In this document: piece after piece, positions 55,926-64,000 of the stretch
Position numbering within the stretch: the stretch's first letter is position 1
Layout of the letters: each line of letters begins with the position of its first letter
From: Candidatus Woesebacteria bacterium RIFCSPHIGHO2_01_FULL_38_10
GTDB lineage: Bacteria; Patescibacteriota; Microgenomatia; UBA8517
Direction of reading: 5' to 3'
Assembly: GCA_001792215.1 (NCBI GenBank)
Contig: MGGC01000033.1
Location: 2,527-66,526 of the forward strand
Length of the DNA stretch: 64,000 nt
Translations under genes and position numbers: made by a program
The notes under the pieces: model-generated
What the model was told of the DNA's origin: nothing
Databases searched by the model: none
Seen by the model: the letters and a program-made list of their open reading frames with translations, nothing else

Positions 55926-57146
55926 TTAGTATACTACTTCGCTTCCAAAAGGAATAGCTTCTATCCAAATCACTCCTCTAATAAAACCAATTTCCTTTCC
56001 TTTCTTATCAAAAAACTTGGTTCTTGAACTTTGAAAATCCTTCTTCCAAATTCCCTCAATTACATCTCCATTTTGGAATATAAGGGCTTTTCCTTCGCCT
56101 ACTGTGGTATAAAACATGTGCTTCTCTTTGTCAACAGGACCTTTCTCTTTAACGAATTGAACTACTACATTTTTTGCAATTAATCCTATCTTTGTCTCAA
56201 AATCCTGATGCTCTTTTCCTCCGTTGAATCTTAAGTAATGGTTACCTGTCAAATCATATTTCCAACCAACATCATAATCAACCATTCCATCCCAAAACTT
56301 AAAAGATATCTCGGTTGCATTAGGAGCTGGAACTGGCTTTTCATCAATAAATTTCCAAACCGTAAAGTTTTCATCCCAAGCATTTCCTTCACTGTCTTTA
56401 TAGCCAAAACCACGCTTTTTAGCTTCCTCAAAAATTTTATCCGTATAACCTTCAAACGAATGTTCCCAGGCAGATTTTGTACCCAGACGGTATTGATCTC
56501 TTTTTACCGCCGGATAGCCAAGATTAGTACCAGCATCCATTGCATTACCATTTGCACTCCTCCAGCCTAATTTGACCAATCTTTTGAAGGCGTCGACTTC
56601 AGGAGCAACCTCTCCCTTATATTTAACTCCCCCAGGACAATTATTACAGATATTATTTGCTCCTCCTGAATGAACAAGAAGTGGGTAGTTACCGAACTCA
56701 GAGGCCCAATCAATAAAGTAAACTCGGATACTTCTAATGGGTGCAATTTTTACATCTTCAGCCGAAGCTCCGCAATAATAAACAGCCAGAAACCTGGTTA
56801 TTCCGCCCTCGGCAACTGCTTCATAGATAAGATCTGCCTTGGATAATCCAGACTGGGAACGTGAATCCAAATGATTCTCGATAACTGCAGTTATTGGTCG
56901 CCTTTCTTCCCAAATAACCTTTTCAGGTTTGGAAAACATTTTACCGTTTATTGGACATTCTTCATCCTTGGGCAAATTTGGATCAATTCGGGCCCGCCCT
57001 TTTTCAACTTCCCTTGGAACAAGAGGTTCTTTCTTTAAGAAAGAAAAAAACGCCCAAGAGCTACCCAAGGATAAAAGAAAAAGACCTAAAAAACTTAGAA
57101 CTAACATTGCCTTCTTTCCTAAAATTAGATTTTTTACTTTTTCCAT
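55926..57146 (-). CDS. DUF3048-like secreted/lipoprotein-type protein.
   Basis: 406 aa with an N-terminal TM/signal segment. Motifs IENHLDSRSQSGL and AEGGITRFLAVYY fit the DUF3048 pattern (called from memory of the family). Confidence 0.45.
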   Translation of the reverse strand: MEKVKNLILGKKAMLVLSFLGLFLLSLGSSWAFFSFLKKEPLVPREVEKGRARIDPNLPKDEECPINGKMFSKPEKVIWEERRPITAVIENHLDSRSQSGLSKADLIYEAVAEGGITRFLAVYYCGASAEDVKIAPIRSIRVYFIDWASEFGNYPLLVHSGGANNICNNCPGGVKYKGEVAPEVDAFKRLVKLGWRSANGNAMDAGTNLGYPAVKRDQYRLGTKSAWEHSFEGYTDKIFEEAKKRGFGYKDSEGNAWDENFTVWKFIDEKPVPAPNATEISFKFWDGMVDYDVGWKYDLTGNHYLRFNGGKEHQDFETKIGLIAKNVVVQFVKEKGPVDKEKHMFYTTVGEGKALIFQNGDVIEGIWKKDFQSSRTKFFDKKGKEIGFIRGVIWIEAIPFGSEVVY

Positions 57147-57151
57147 AAAAC

Positions 57152-57604
57152 CTAGCGCTTTTGGGCGATTTTTAACGCCTTTTTTTCCTCATCGGAAAGT
57201 TCATGTTTACTCTTCCCCCCTTTTATGTCTCTTACATAAACCCTGGTTCTCTCTCTCGTATGCAAACCAGTAATTACAACACCGTTATCTTTTCCATTCA
57301 AAAGTGCAATTGAAAAACTTTGATCTCCACCCATTTCATTAAATGGGTTAAAACGCACCAATCCTAATTTCTGAATGTGCAAAAGGTTATCTTGCTTAAT
57401 AACTTCAATTCCTTTTTGAAAAGCCTTTAAACTTTTTGAGTTTTCGTCAAAACTTTTTAACACAGAATTTAGTATTTTGATAAGATTCCCGTTCTTAACC
57501 CCTTTGGAAAATTTCAGAAAAAAAAGGAAAACCCACGACAGCGAAACTGTTAATAAAAAAAGGTAAACAACCAATCCAACTAAAACAAGTTTGCTAACCT
57601 GCAT
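57152..57604 (-). CDS. Hypothetical membrane protein (150 aa).
   Basis: N-terminal TM helix. No motif recognised. Confidence 0.4.
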   Translation of the reverse strand: MQVSKLVLVGLVVYLFLLTVSLSWVFLFFLKFSKGVKNGNLIKILNSVLKSFDENSKSLKAFQKGIEVIKQDNLLHIQKLGLVRFNPFNEMGGDQSFSIALLNGKDNGVVITGLHTRERTRVYVRDIKGGKSKHELSDEEKKALKIAQKR

Positions 57605-57733
57605 ACTGACCTACGCGCATTTATAAAAGTATCAAAGAATAACCTCAAACATTTTTGCATCTTGAAATCAGAGTGTCAAGGAGATATAAAAGTAAAACTC
57701 CAGCCTAAAATTCCAAATTCAATCTAAAAAAAT

Positions 57734-58039
57734 ATGGCAAAAAGAAGAACCAAAAAGCAAAAAAAATGGGCAAAACATAAATTTTCAGCATCTTGGAAAA
57801 CTGAGATTCCAGGTTTTCCCTCTAATCTTAGAGCAAACTTAGTCGAAGCTAATGTCAAGAGGCAGTTTAAAAATAAAAAATCCAAAGATTTTCATTCAAA
57901 AAAACTTAAAAAAATAACCAAAGATATGGCTAGAACCAGCGTTTCAGGCTCGGTAAAAAAAGATATATATAAAAGTCTGTTCTTCGCTTCGATCATTGTA
58001 AGTTTGGAGATAGTGTTATACTTAGCTTTGAATAAGTAA
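57734..58039 (+). CDS. Hypothetical lysine-rich protein with a C-terminal TM segment (101 aa).
   Basis: ORF only. Confidence 0.35.
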   Translation: MAKRRTKKQKKWAKHKFSASWKTEIPGFPSNLRANLVEANVKRQFKNKKSKDFHSKKLKKITKDMARTSVSGSVKKDIYKSLFFASIIVSLEIVLYLALNK

Positions 58040-58153
58040 ACCAGTTTTTTTAGTCCAACTGCCCTAAGAAAGAGCTCCAGTTTACTTAGCCTTCTTTAAA
58101 AGAAGAGTTTTTTAAACTGGAAGACCATTTGGGAAGGGGGTGAAACGAAATTT

Positions 58154-58291
58154 ATGTATTGTGTAAAGTGTAGAACCAAAAGAGAAGGCAAAAACCATGA
58201 AGATGTGACAATGAAAAACGGTAAAAAAGCCACAAGAGCTGTTTGTGAAGTTTGCGGTACCAGGATGTTTAAAATTAAGGGTAATGCTTAA
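58154..58291 (+). CDS. Candidate small zinc-ribbon protein (45 aa).
   Basis: MYCVKCRTKREGKNHEDVTMKNGKKATRAVCEVCGTRMFKIKGNA contains two CxxC pairs. Below the ORF-track size cutoff. Confidence 0.35.
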   Translation: MYCVKCRTKREGKNHEDVTMKNGKKATRAVCEVCGTRMFKIKGNA

Positions 58292-58364
58292 AAGAATAAA
58301 TTCTATTTAATCTCCCAAGAGAGCCCTTTTAAGGGGTTCTCTTGTATTAGGAAATCTTTTCCAA

Positions 58365-58970
58365 ATGAAAAAAGACTTCTCCGAAGTTTTTAAAATCTTT
58401 AAAAAACATTATCAAAGAATCCCTTTGGAAATATTCCATAACAATGCCTACAAAACCCTCATATCAACACTTCTTTCTTCAAGAACCAAAGATGAGGTTA
58501 CTTTAGAAGCATCAAAGAGACTATTTAAAAAGGCGCCAGATATTGGAAAACTTCAGCAATTGAATCTACAAACAATCGAGCAGTTGATCTATCCTGTTGG
58601 TTTTTATAAAACCAAAGCAAAACACCTAAGACGACTGGCCAGAGTAGTAATCAAGAAATACAAAGGTAAAATCCCCAAAACAAGAGATTGTTTGACGCAG
58701 TTGTCCGGCGTTGGAAGAAAAACTGCAAATTTAGTTCTAAACCATGCTTTTAGAATTCCGGCAATCGCCGTTGACACACACGTTCACAGAATCAGCAACA
58801 TCTTGGGTTGGGTAAGCACAAAAACTCCTGAAACTACGGAAAAAGAATTAGAAAAAATCTTGCGGAAAAAATACTGGACTGATATTAACCGCCTCTTCGT
58901 TTCCATCGGAAGACAATATACAACCAAAAACAAGCTTGAAAATTTCTTGAAAAAAGAGAAGGTTATCTAA
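58365..58970 (+). CDS. nth: Endonuclease III-like HhH-GPD DNA glycosylase.
   Basis: 201 aa with a helix-hairpin-helix and Gly/Pro-Asp loop (LSGVGRKTANLVLNHAF...AVDTHVHR). Confidence 0.8.
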   Translation: MKKDFSEVFKIFKKHYQRIPLEIFHNNAYKTLISTLLSSRTKDEVTLEASKRLFKKAPDIGKLQQLNLQTIEQLIYPVGFYKTKAKHLRRLARVVIKKYKGKIPKTRDCLTQLSGVGRKTANLVLNHAFRIPAIAVDTHVHRISNILGWVSTKTPETTEKELEKILRKKYWTDINRLFVSIGRQYTTKNKLENFLKKEKVI

Positions 58971-59045
58971 CCTAACTTTTTGACTAAACCTTAAAAAATC
59001 AATCACCTTCAAGAACTATCAAAAAAATCTCATAAACAGCTCAAT

Positions 59046-59735
59046 TCAATAATCTAAACTTTTTCCTTCCTCAGCCTCATCTACTATCCCGACAATATCA
59101 CCTTTAGAGAATTTTGCTATTATCCAGCCGGTCGCAAAACCTCCAATATGGGCAAACCAGGCAACTCCGCCAATTTGAGCAATTGCAATCGATCCGACTC
59201 CTGAAAATATTTGGGTGGCAAACCAATAAATAAGCATTAGTGATGCTGGCAAATTAACTATTCGACTAAATAATCCAAAAGGAATTAAGGTTTCAATCTG
59301 ATGTTTGGGGAAAAATACTAAATACGCACCTAATATTCCAGCAACAGCCCCGCTTGCCCCAAGCATTGGAATATCAGAATTCGGAGAAAGTAAATATTGC
59401 GCCAAACCTCCTACAACTCCGGAAAAAAGATAGATCAATAAATATTTAATATGCCCAAATCTCTCCTCCACATTATCTCCGAATATTTTCAAAAACCACA
59501 TATTGGAAATTATATGTAAAAACCCTGCATGCAAAAACTGGCTTGTGATAAATGGAGTAAACGTTATGTAATTTGTAAAATCTACATTAGCGGGAATTAA
59601 GGCGTAAGAATTGATAAACCCTTCCGTATCAAGTACAAAAAGTTCCAATCCAAAAACAAATGCGTTAACCAATATTACTATTACTGTTATTAAAGGATAC
59701 TTATGGCTTTTATGAGAATCTCTGAGAGGAAACAT
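59046..59735 (-). CDS. Rhomboid-family intramembrane serine protease.
   Basis: 229 aa. GxSG (GASGAVAGILGAY) and catalytic His (AHIGGFATG) in TM helices. Confidence 0.85.
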   Translation of the reverse strand: MFPLRDSHKSHKYPLITVIVILVNAFVFGLELFVLDTEGFINSYALIPANVDFTNYITFTPFITSQFLHAGFLHIISNMWFLKIFGDNVEERFGHIKYLLIYLFSGVVGGLAQYLLSPNSDIPMLGASGAVAGILGAYLVFFPKHQIETLIPFGLFSRIVNLPASLMLIYWFATQIFSGVGSIAIAQIGGVAWFAHIGGFATGWIIAKFSKGDIVGIVDEAEEGKSLDY

Positions 59736-59773
59736 TATAGATTAGCTCAAAACTCAAATGTCAAAAGTTAAAA

Positions 59774-60433
59774 TTAAAAAGCAGTTATTGCAACAGCAAA
59801 GGTATTTTGGGCATAAATACAACCCCAAACATACTCGCCACCGGTCAAAAGTTTTCTATGGCCTAAAGTATTTTCCCAAAGTGATACAGTTTCTCCGGGA
59901 GTACTACCACCAAAAGCCAAAAATTCAGCCAATGTTGAATACTTTTCAAATATCCACTCCAAATCAGACCGCCTTTTTTGCATATTGCTAAAACCTTGAT
60001 GACCATCAAGTTTTCCCAACTCAAGAAGTTCATTTAATCGAATTGAGGCAATTGTACATAGTTCATCCCTTTGATCCAAAGAATTAACACCAAACTCCTG
60101 TCTTTTTTTGTTTACCTCTTGCCAAAGCTCAGGTCCTCCCCAATTCGCAATGACGACATTACTGGGTTTTTTCGTTGAAAATCCCGATGTTGGTGTTGCA
60201 GCTATCTTCTCTTTAATAGAATTCTCTAAAGAAGATTTGTCCTCTTCCCAATTAATTTCCGATTCTCCAGCTAACGATAAAAAATAATTTTCAGTATTAA
60301 TTTGACCTTGTTTAAAACCTATAAAATAACCAAAACGAAAGACTGCAAAAATAAGAAGTAAAAAAAAAGGCAAAGTTAAAGAGACAAGTATGACTTTCGC
60401 GATCAATATTACTATATATCTTGAAAACTCCAT
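59774..60433 (-). CDS. Membrane-anchored protein with a possible CAP/SCP (PR-1-like) domain.
   Basis: 219 aa. N-terminal TM helix. The C-terminal segment GHRKLLTGGEYVWGCIYAQN weakly resembles the CAP domain GHYTQVVW motif. Confidence 0.4.
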   Translation of the reverse strand: MEFSRYIVILIAKVILVSLTLPFFLLLIFAVFRFGYFIGFKQGQINTENYFLSLAGESEINWEEDKSSLENSIKEKIAATPTSGFSTKKPSNVVIANWGGPELWQEVNKKRQEFGVNSLDQRDELCTIASIRLNELLELGKLDGHQGFSNMQKRRSDLEWIFEKYSTLAEFLAFGGSTPGETVSLWENTLGHRKLLTGGEYVWGCIYAQNTFAVAITAF

Positions 60434-60449
60434 ATATCTCCACCTTTCA

Positions 60450-60899
60450 TTAAAAGGCTTTGTCCGTATCCAGTATTATTGTTACTGGTCCATCAAGCTC
60501 TACCTTAATTTTCATATAGCCTCCGAACTCTCCGCTTTCAACTCTGACCCCAATCTCTTTTAATTTAAAAATAAAAAAGTTGTAAAGTTCTTCCGCTATT
60601 TTTGGATCAGCTGCGTGGATAAAAGAGGGTCTATTTCCTTGGGAGGTATCCGCATATAAAGTAAATTGCGAAACGACAAGTATCGACTCATCAATATCCC
60701 TTATTGATAAATTCATCTTCCCTTTTTTATCCGCCATTACCCGAAGTCTCCCTATCTTCTCAGCTAGATTTTCAGCTAAAACTTGCGTATCACCCTCTCC
60801 CACCCCCAGTAAAATAAAAAAACCCTTTTCAATCTTCCCAATCACCTTACCATCCACTTCAACCAACGCCTTTTTCACTCTCTGGACAACCAAACGCAT
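60450..60899 (-). CDS. dtd: D-aminoacyl-tRNA deacylase.
   Basis: 149 aa. MRLVVQRV...GFFILLGVGEGD...SQFTLYAD pattern and C-terminal GP motif region. Confidence 0.9.
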   Translation of the reverse strand: MRLVVQRVKKALVEVDGKVIGKIEKGFFILLGVGEGDTQVLAENLAEKIGRLRVMADKKGKMNLSIRDIDESILVVSQFTLYADTSQGNRPSFIHAADPKIAEELYNFFIFKLKEIGVRVESGEFGGYMKIKVELDGPVTIILDTDKAF

Positions 60900-60918
60900 G
60901 AGAAGTATTTTACCACGC

Positions 60919-61125
60919 TTAAGCTTTTTTATCTTTCTCCACTAAATCCCAGAAGTATTTGATTAAAAATATTATCCAGCCAACGACAATTATTAAAAAA
61001 GTGATATTTACCAGTGTTCCCTCGGGCTGAAGAAAAGCATAAATTGCTCCCATTGTAAAAATAAAAAGGAGTCCTCCTAAAAATACAAAATATTCAGCCA
61101 AGAAACGAAAAATTTTTTTAATCAT
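60919..61125 (-). CDS. Small membrane protein (68 aa).
   Basis: Two predicted TM helices. ORF only. Confidence 0.35.
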   Translation of the reverse strand: MIKKIFRFLAEYFVFLGGLLFIFTMGAIYAFLQPEGTLVNITFLIIVVGWIIFLIKYFWDLVEKDKKA

Positions 61126-61528
61126 GGAAAATAATCCCCCATATATATTCTACTCAAATTTTGATTAGACAAAATAGAAAATCCCTAAGATCGCCTGAAA
61201 GTAATATTCCCTAATACTTTACCTAGAAATATTCTTTAGTATATTGTAGTTTATTGTATTCTTTAAAAATATACTGACAACTTCTGAAAGGGGGGAAAGA
61301 AAATGGGTCAAGCTTTAAGAGTTGAGCCAAAAGAGTTATTACCTTAAATTACTTATTTATTATTTCCCTTCGTAATAACCCAGCACAATATCATCTTCAC
61401 TTTCGTAACCCCTAAGTCTTCCGTAAAGGTATCCTAATCTATAATCAACACTTCAAAAAGAACTAAGTTTTTCTGTTTTATCGAACATATTATTAATTAT
61501 TTGAATAAAAACAGATATCATTATAAAT

Positions 61529-62308
61529 ATGATTTATTTTGAGATAGCAAAATTCCAATTTTTAAGGTTTTTGACATACCCCTTAGAAATACTTACCTCC
61601 GTCTTAAAAAGATTAGTAGATACAGCTTTCCTAATTGTTCTTTGGTCTATCATTATTAAAAATACTTCAGGATTGATAACCCTGCCTGAAATAGTCTCAT
61701 ATTTTCTTCTCGCTTCTGGGATAGAGGAAATTGTAATGGCTCACTGGGGATTTTTAGGTGACTACCTTGGATGGAGAATAAAACTGGGAAAATTCAGTAA
61801 CTACCTGCTTAAACCTGTAAGTATAATTCCACAATTGTATGCTTCGGCAATAGGCAGAAACGGCATGAGAGTAATTTTGGCAATAGTAAGCATAATTGCA
61901 GGAATAATAATTCATCCTCCTCAAAACTCCTTATCAGTAGCTTTATTTCTCGTATTTTTTATTACCGCTCTCTTTACAGGATTGGCTTACAACATTATTT
62001 TAGGAACAATGTACTTTCACTTTGTCGACGCAAGCGGAGTAAAGAATGCGATTTCCCATATGTCGAGATTACTTTCAGGTGCAATGGTTCCAATTTATCT
62101 TTTTCCTGAAAACTTTAAGAATTTAATACTTTTAACGCCTTTTCCCGGAATGGTATATGGACCTGTTAATGCTCTTAAGACTAATCAGCTAAACCAAGAG
62201 GTCATTGTTCAGTTATTTGTAATTATCTTTTGGATGCTAATACTTAATGTTGGCGCATACCTATTTTGGAACCAATCGATTAAAAAATATGAAGCTGTTG
62301 GAACTTAA
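61529..62308 (+). CDS. ABC-2-type transporter permease.
   Basis: 259 aa multi-TM protein upstream of a second permease and an ABC ATPase. Confidence 0.55.
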   Translation: MIYFEIAKFQFLRFLTYPLEILTSVLKRLVDTAFLIVLWSIIIKNTSGLITLPEIVSYFLLASGIEEIVMAHWGFLGDYLGWRIKLGKFSNYLLKPVSIIPQLYASAIGRNGMRVILAIVSIIAGIIIHPPQNSLSVALFLVFFITALFTGLAYNIILGTMYFHFVDASGVKNAISHMSRLLSGAMVPIYLFPENFKNLILLTPFPGMVYGPVNALKTNQLNQEVIVQLFVIIFWMLILNVGAYLFWNQSIKKYEAVGT

Positions 62309-63113
62309 ACAAAAAGTTATCAATAAAATCCTGCTTATAAAGGCAATAACAATTTATACTTTCCAGCAGGAAACTGCTTATTGGGCAAATACATGGGCAC
62401 ATGTATTATCAACTTTCTTCTATATGCTATCGATGATTTTATTTATCGATGTAGTATATTCAAATGTTAATCTGGTTGCAGGTTACACAAAAAATGAGAT
62501 GCTTTTATTCCTTCTTATGGCGCAAGCTACTTATTATTTAAGCTGGACTATCTACGGGAATCTTATTGACCTAGTCGAAAACGTCAATAATGGAAATCTC
62601 GACCTTGTTTTAGTAAAACCAATTTCTTCCTTGTTTTATATTACTTTCAGACGAATCAGATTGTTTAGAGTAGCTATGGATGGTATTCCCCCATTAATTT
62701 TTCTTGCGCTTGCTATCAACTGGAGTGCACTAAATATATCTTTTCTGCCACTTCTAATAGGAATAATTATTTCAGTCATGGGGACAGTTTGTTCACTTTC
62801 CTTTCATCTTTTGGCAACCTTACCTGTGTTTTGGGTTGGTGAATCCCGAAATATAGTGGAATTTACTTCACATTTTGAATACAACGTAGGGAAAATAATT
62901 CCTCTTGAAGGCTATGGAAAAGATTTCAAATTTTTTTTCAGTACTATTTTTCCATTCCTAATATCAACAGGTTTTTCTACATCAGTAATCCTTGGTAAAT
63001 CTGAACCTTTACCAACCTTATTGTGGGGTTTAACTGTTACAATATTAATGCTTACGGTAAGACAATTTGCTTGGAATAAAGCTCTAAAAGTTTATACATC
63101 TGCATCATCATAA
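62247..63113 (+). CDS. ABC-2-type transporter permease (second subunit).
   Basis: 288 aa multi-TM protein between the first permease and the ATPase gene. Confidence 0.55.
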   Translation: MLAHTYFGTNRLKNMKLLELKQKVINKILLIKAITIYTFQQETAYWANTWAHVLSTFFYMLSMILFIDVVYSNVNLVAGYTKNEMLLFLLMAQATYYLSWTIYGNLIDLVENVNNGNLDLVLVKPISSLFYITFRRIRLFRVAMDGIPPLIFLALAINWSALNISFLPLLIGIIISVMGTVCSLSFHLLATLPVFWVGESRNIVEFTSHFEYNVGKIIPLEGYGKDFKFFFSTIFPFLISTGFSTSVILGKSEPLPTLLWGLTVTILMLTVRQFAWNKALKVYTSASS

Positions 63114-63157
63114 ACAAGTTTGTTCACTCCTTGCCTTTGGCGAGTTTGAATAAAAAC

Positions 63158-64000
63158 ATGGTAGTAAATGTTAAAAATCTAACAAAGGTTTATAAAGTAA
63201 AAAAAACAGCTGGTTTCTTAAAGGATACCTTTTACCCAACGTTTGGAGAAGTGCTGGCAGTTAATAATATTTCTTTTTCAATTGAGAAAGGCGAATCTGT
63301 AGCACTCCTAGGTCCAAACGGAGCTGGAAAAACAACTACCATGAAAGTTCTGACTGGTCTTATTTATCCTACCTCCGGAAACATTAACGTTTTAGACTTC
63401 TTTCCTTTTGACAGAAAAAGAGAATTCCTTAAAAAAATTGGTTTAGTGATGGGTAATAAAACCTCGCTTGAATGGGATTTAACACCCATGCAAAGCTTCC
63501 AATTAAATAAACGAATTTATAACATTAGTGAAAGTAAATTTAATTTAAAAATCAAAGAGTTGTCAGAACTCTTAAGTGTTGAAAAACTCCTAAACACTCA
63601 GGTTAGAAAATTGTCTCTTGGTGAACGAATGAAAATGGAACTAATTAGTTCAATCATTCATAACCCTGATGTTTTATTTTTGGACGAGCCAACAATTGGC
63701 CTTGATATAATCTCAAAACAAAAAATTAGAGACTTTCTGAGAGAAATCCAAAGAAATTCTGAAGTAACCATTCTTTTAACAAGTCACGACATGGACGATG
63801 TAGAAAAAGTAACAGACAGAGTTATCGTAGTAAACGAAGGCTCAATTATTTTTGACGACTCCATGAGCAAACTTCTTTATAAATACAAAAATAAGAAATA
63901 TCTGACGCTTATCTTCACAGAAAAAGTAAAGTCCTTCAAGGTCAAAAGGTTCGGGAAAATTGTTGATAAGAAACCGCTATCTTATACTATTGAAATAAAA
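63158..64000 (+). CDS. ABC transporter ATP-binding protein (3' end beyond the window).
   Basis: ATG at 63158. Walker A GPNGAGKTTT, signature LSLGERMK, Walker B VLFLDEPTIGLD. Not in the ORF track because no stop codon falls inside the window. Confidence 0.85.
   Translation, partial: MVVNVKNLTKVYKVKKTAGFLKDTFYPTFGEVLAVNNISFSIEKGESVALLGPNGAGKTTTMKVLTGLIYPTSGNINVLDFFPFDRKREFLKKIGLVMGNKTSLEWDLTPMQSFQLNKRIYNISESKFNLKIKELSELLSVEKLLNTQVRKLSLGERMKMELISSIIHNPDVLFLDEPTIGLDIISKQKIRDFLREIQRNSEVTILLTSHDMDDVEKVTDRVIVVNEGSIIFDDSMSKLLYKYKNKKYLTLIFTEKVKSFKVKRFGKIVDKKPLSYTIEIK

Noticed and set aside
1-64000. CRISPR arrays and rRNA genes.
   Set aside because: No regularly spaced short direct repeats and no rRNA-like conserved stretches were seen.

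Overview
This is a low-GC, gene-dense bacterial window with many small lysine-rich hypothetical proteins. That style is consistent with a reduced CPR/Patescibacteria-like genome, but this is inference only. Both flanks are ordinary core genes. The left flank (1-18.5 kb) carries serS, an HD hydrolase, lysS, greA, tRNA-Glu(CTC), lon, a PAP2 phosphatase, an L,D-transpeptidase, dgkA, a PQQ-type sugar dehydrogenase, truB, an FNR-like reductase, a cupin, a NAGPA-domain protein, a COG2509 FAD protein and a DEDDy exonuclease. The right flank (40-64 kb) carries gltX, a DacA-like PBP, aspS, a Rel/SpoT enzyme, recJ, cca, a secreted thermonuclease, secD, secF, nth, a rhomboid protease, dtd and an ABC-2 transporter. 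The centre (about 19.7-39.5 kb) looks accessory. It starts with a tRNA-Gln(CTG) whose 3' half is overlapped by the C-terminus of a large serine recombinase. Next come a block of small phage/plasmid-like genes, a repeat- and hairpin-rich non-coding region, and a tightly packed minus-strand defence operon. That operon reads [excisionase-family HTH]-[HEPN-like Rx4H protein]-[type III Mod]-[type III Res]-[PHP phosphoesterase fused to an ABC/SMC-like ATPase, resembling the Ppl defence architecture]. A second, almost identical HTH gene with a conserved promoter region heads a truncated PHP-domain paralog 3 kb downstream. After it comes a nucleotide-centric cluster of two NDT-like (SLOG-like) proteins, a Nudix hydrolase and a CYTH enzyme, three of which carry apparent frameshifts. 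The block ends with a truncated xth, a SET-domain gene and a degenerate IS200-like (COG1943) transposase remnant. Other oddities are GC-rich hairpin-forming in-frame inserts in recJ and cca, plus-strand terminator-like hairpins with no upstream gene at 17.75 kb, and a decayed wHTH/acyltransferase-like region next to tRNA-Glu. No rRNA genes or CRISPR arrays were seen.
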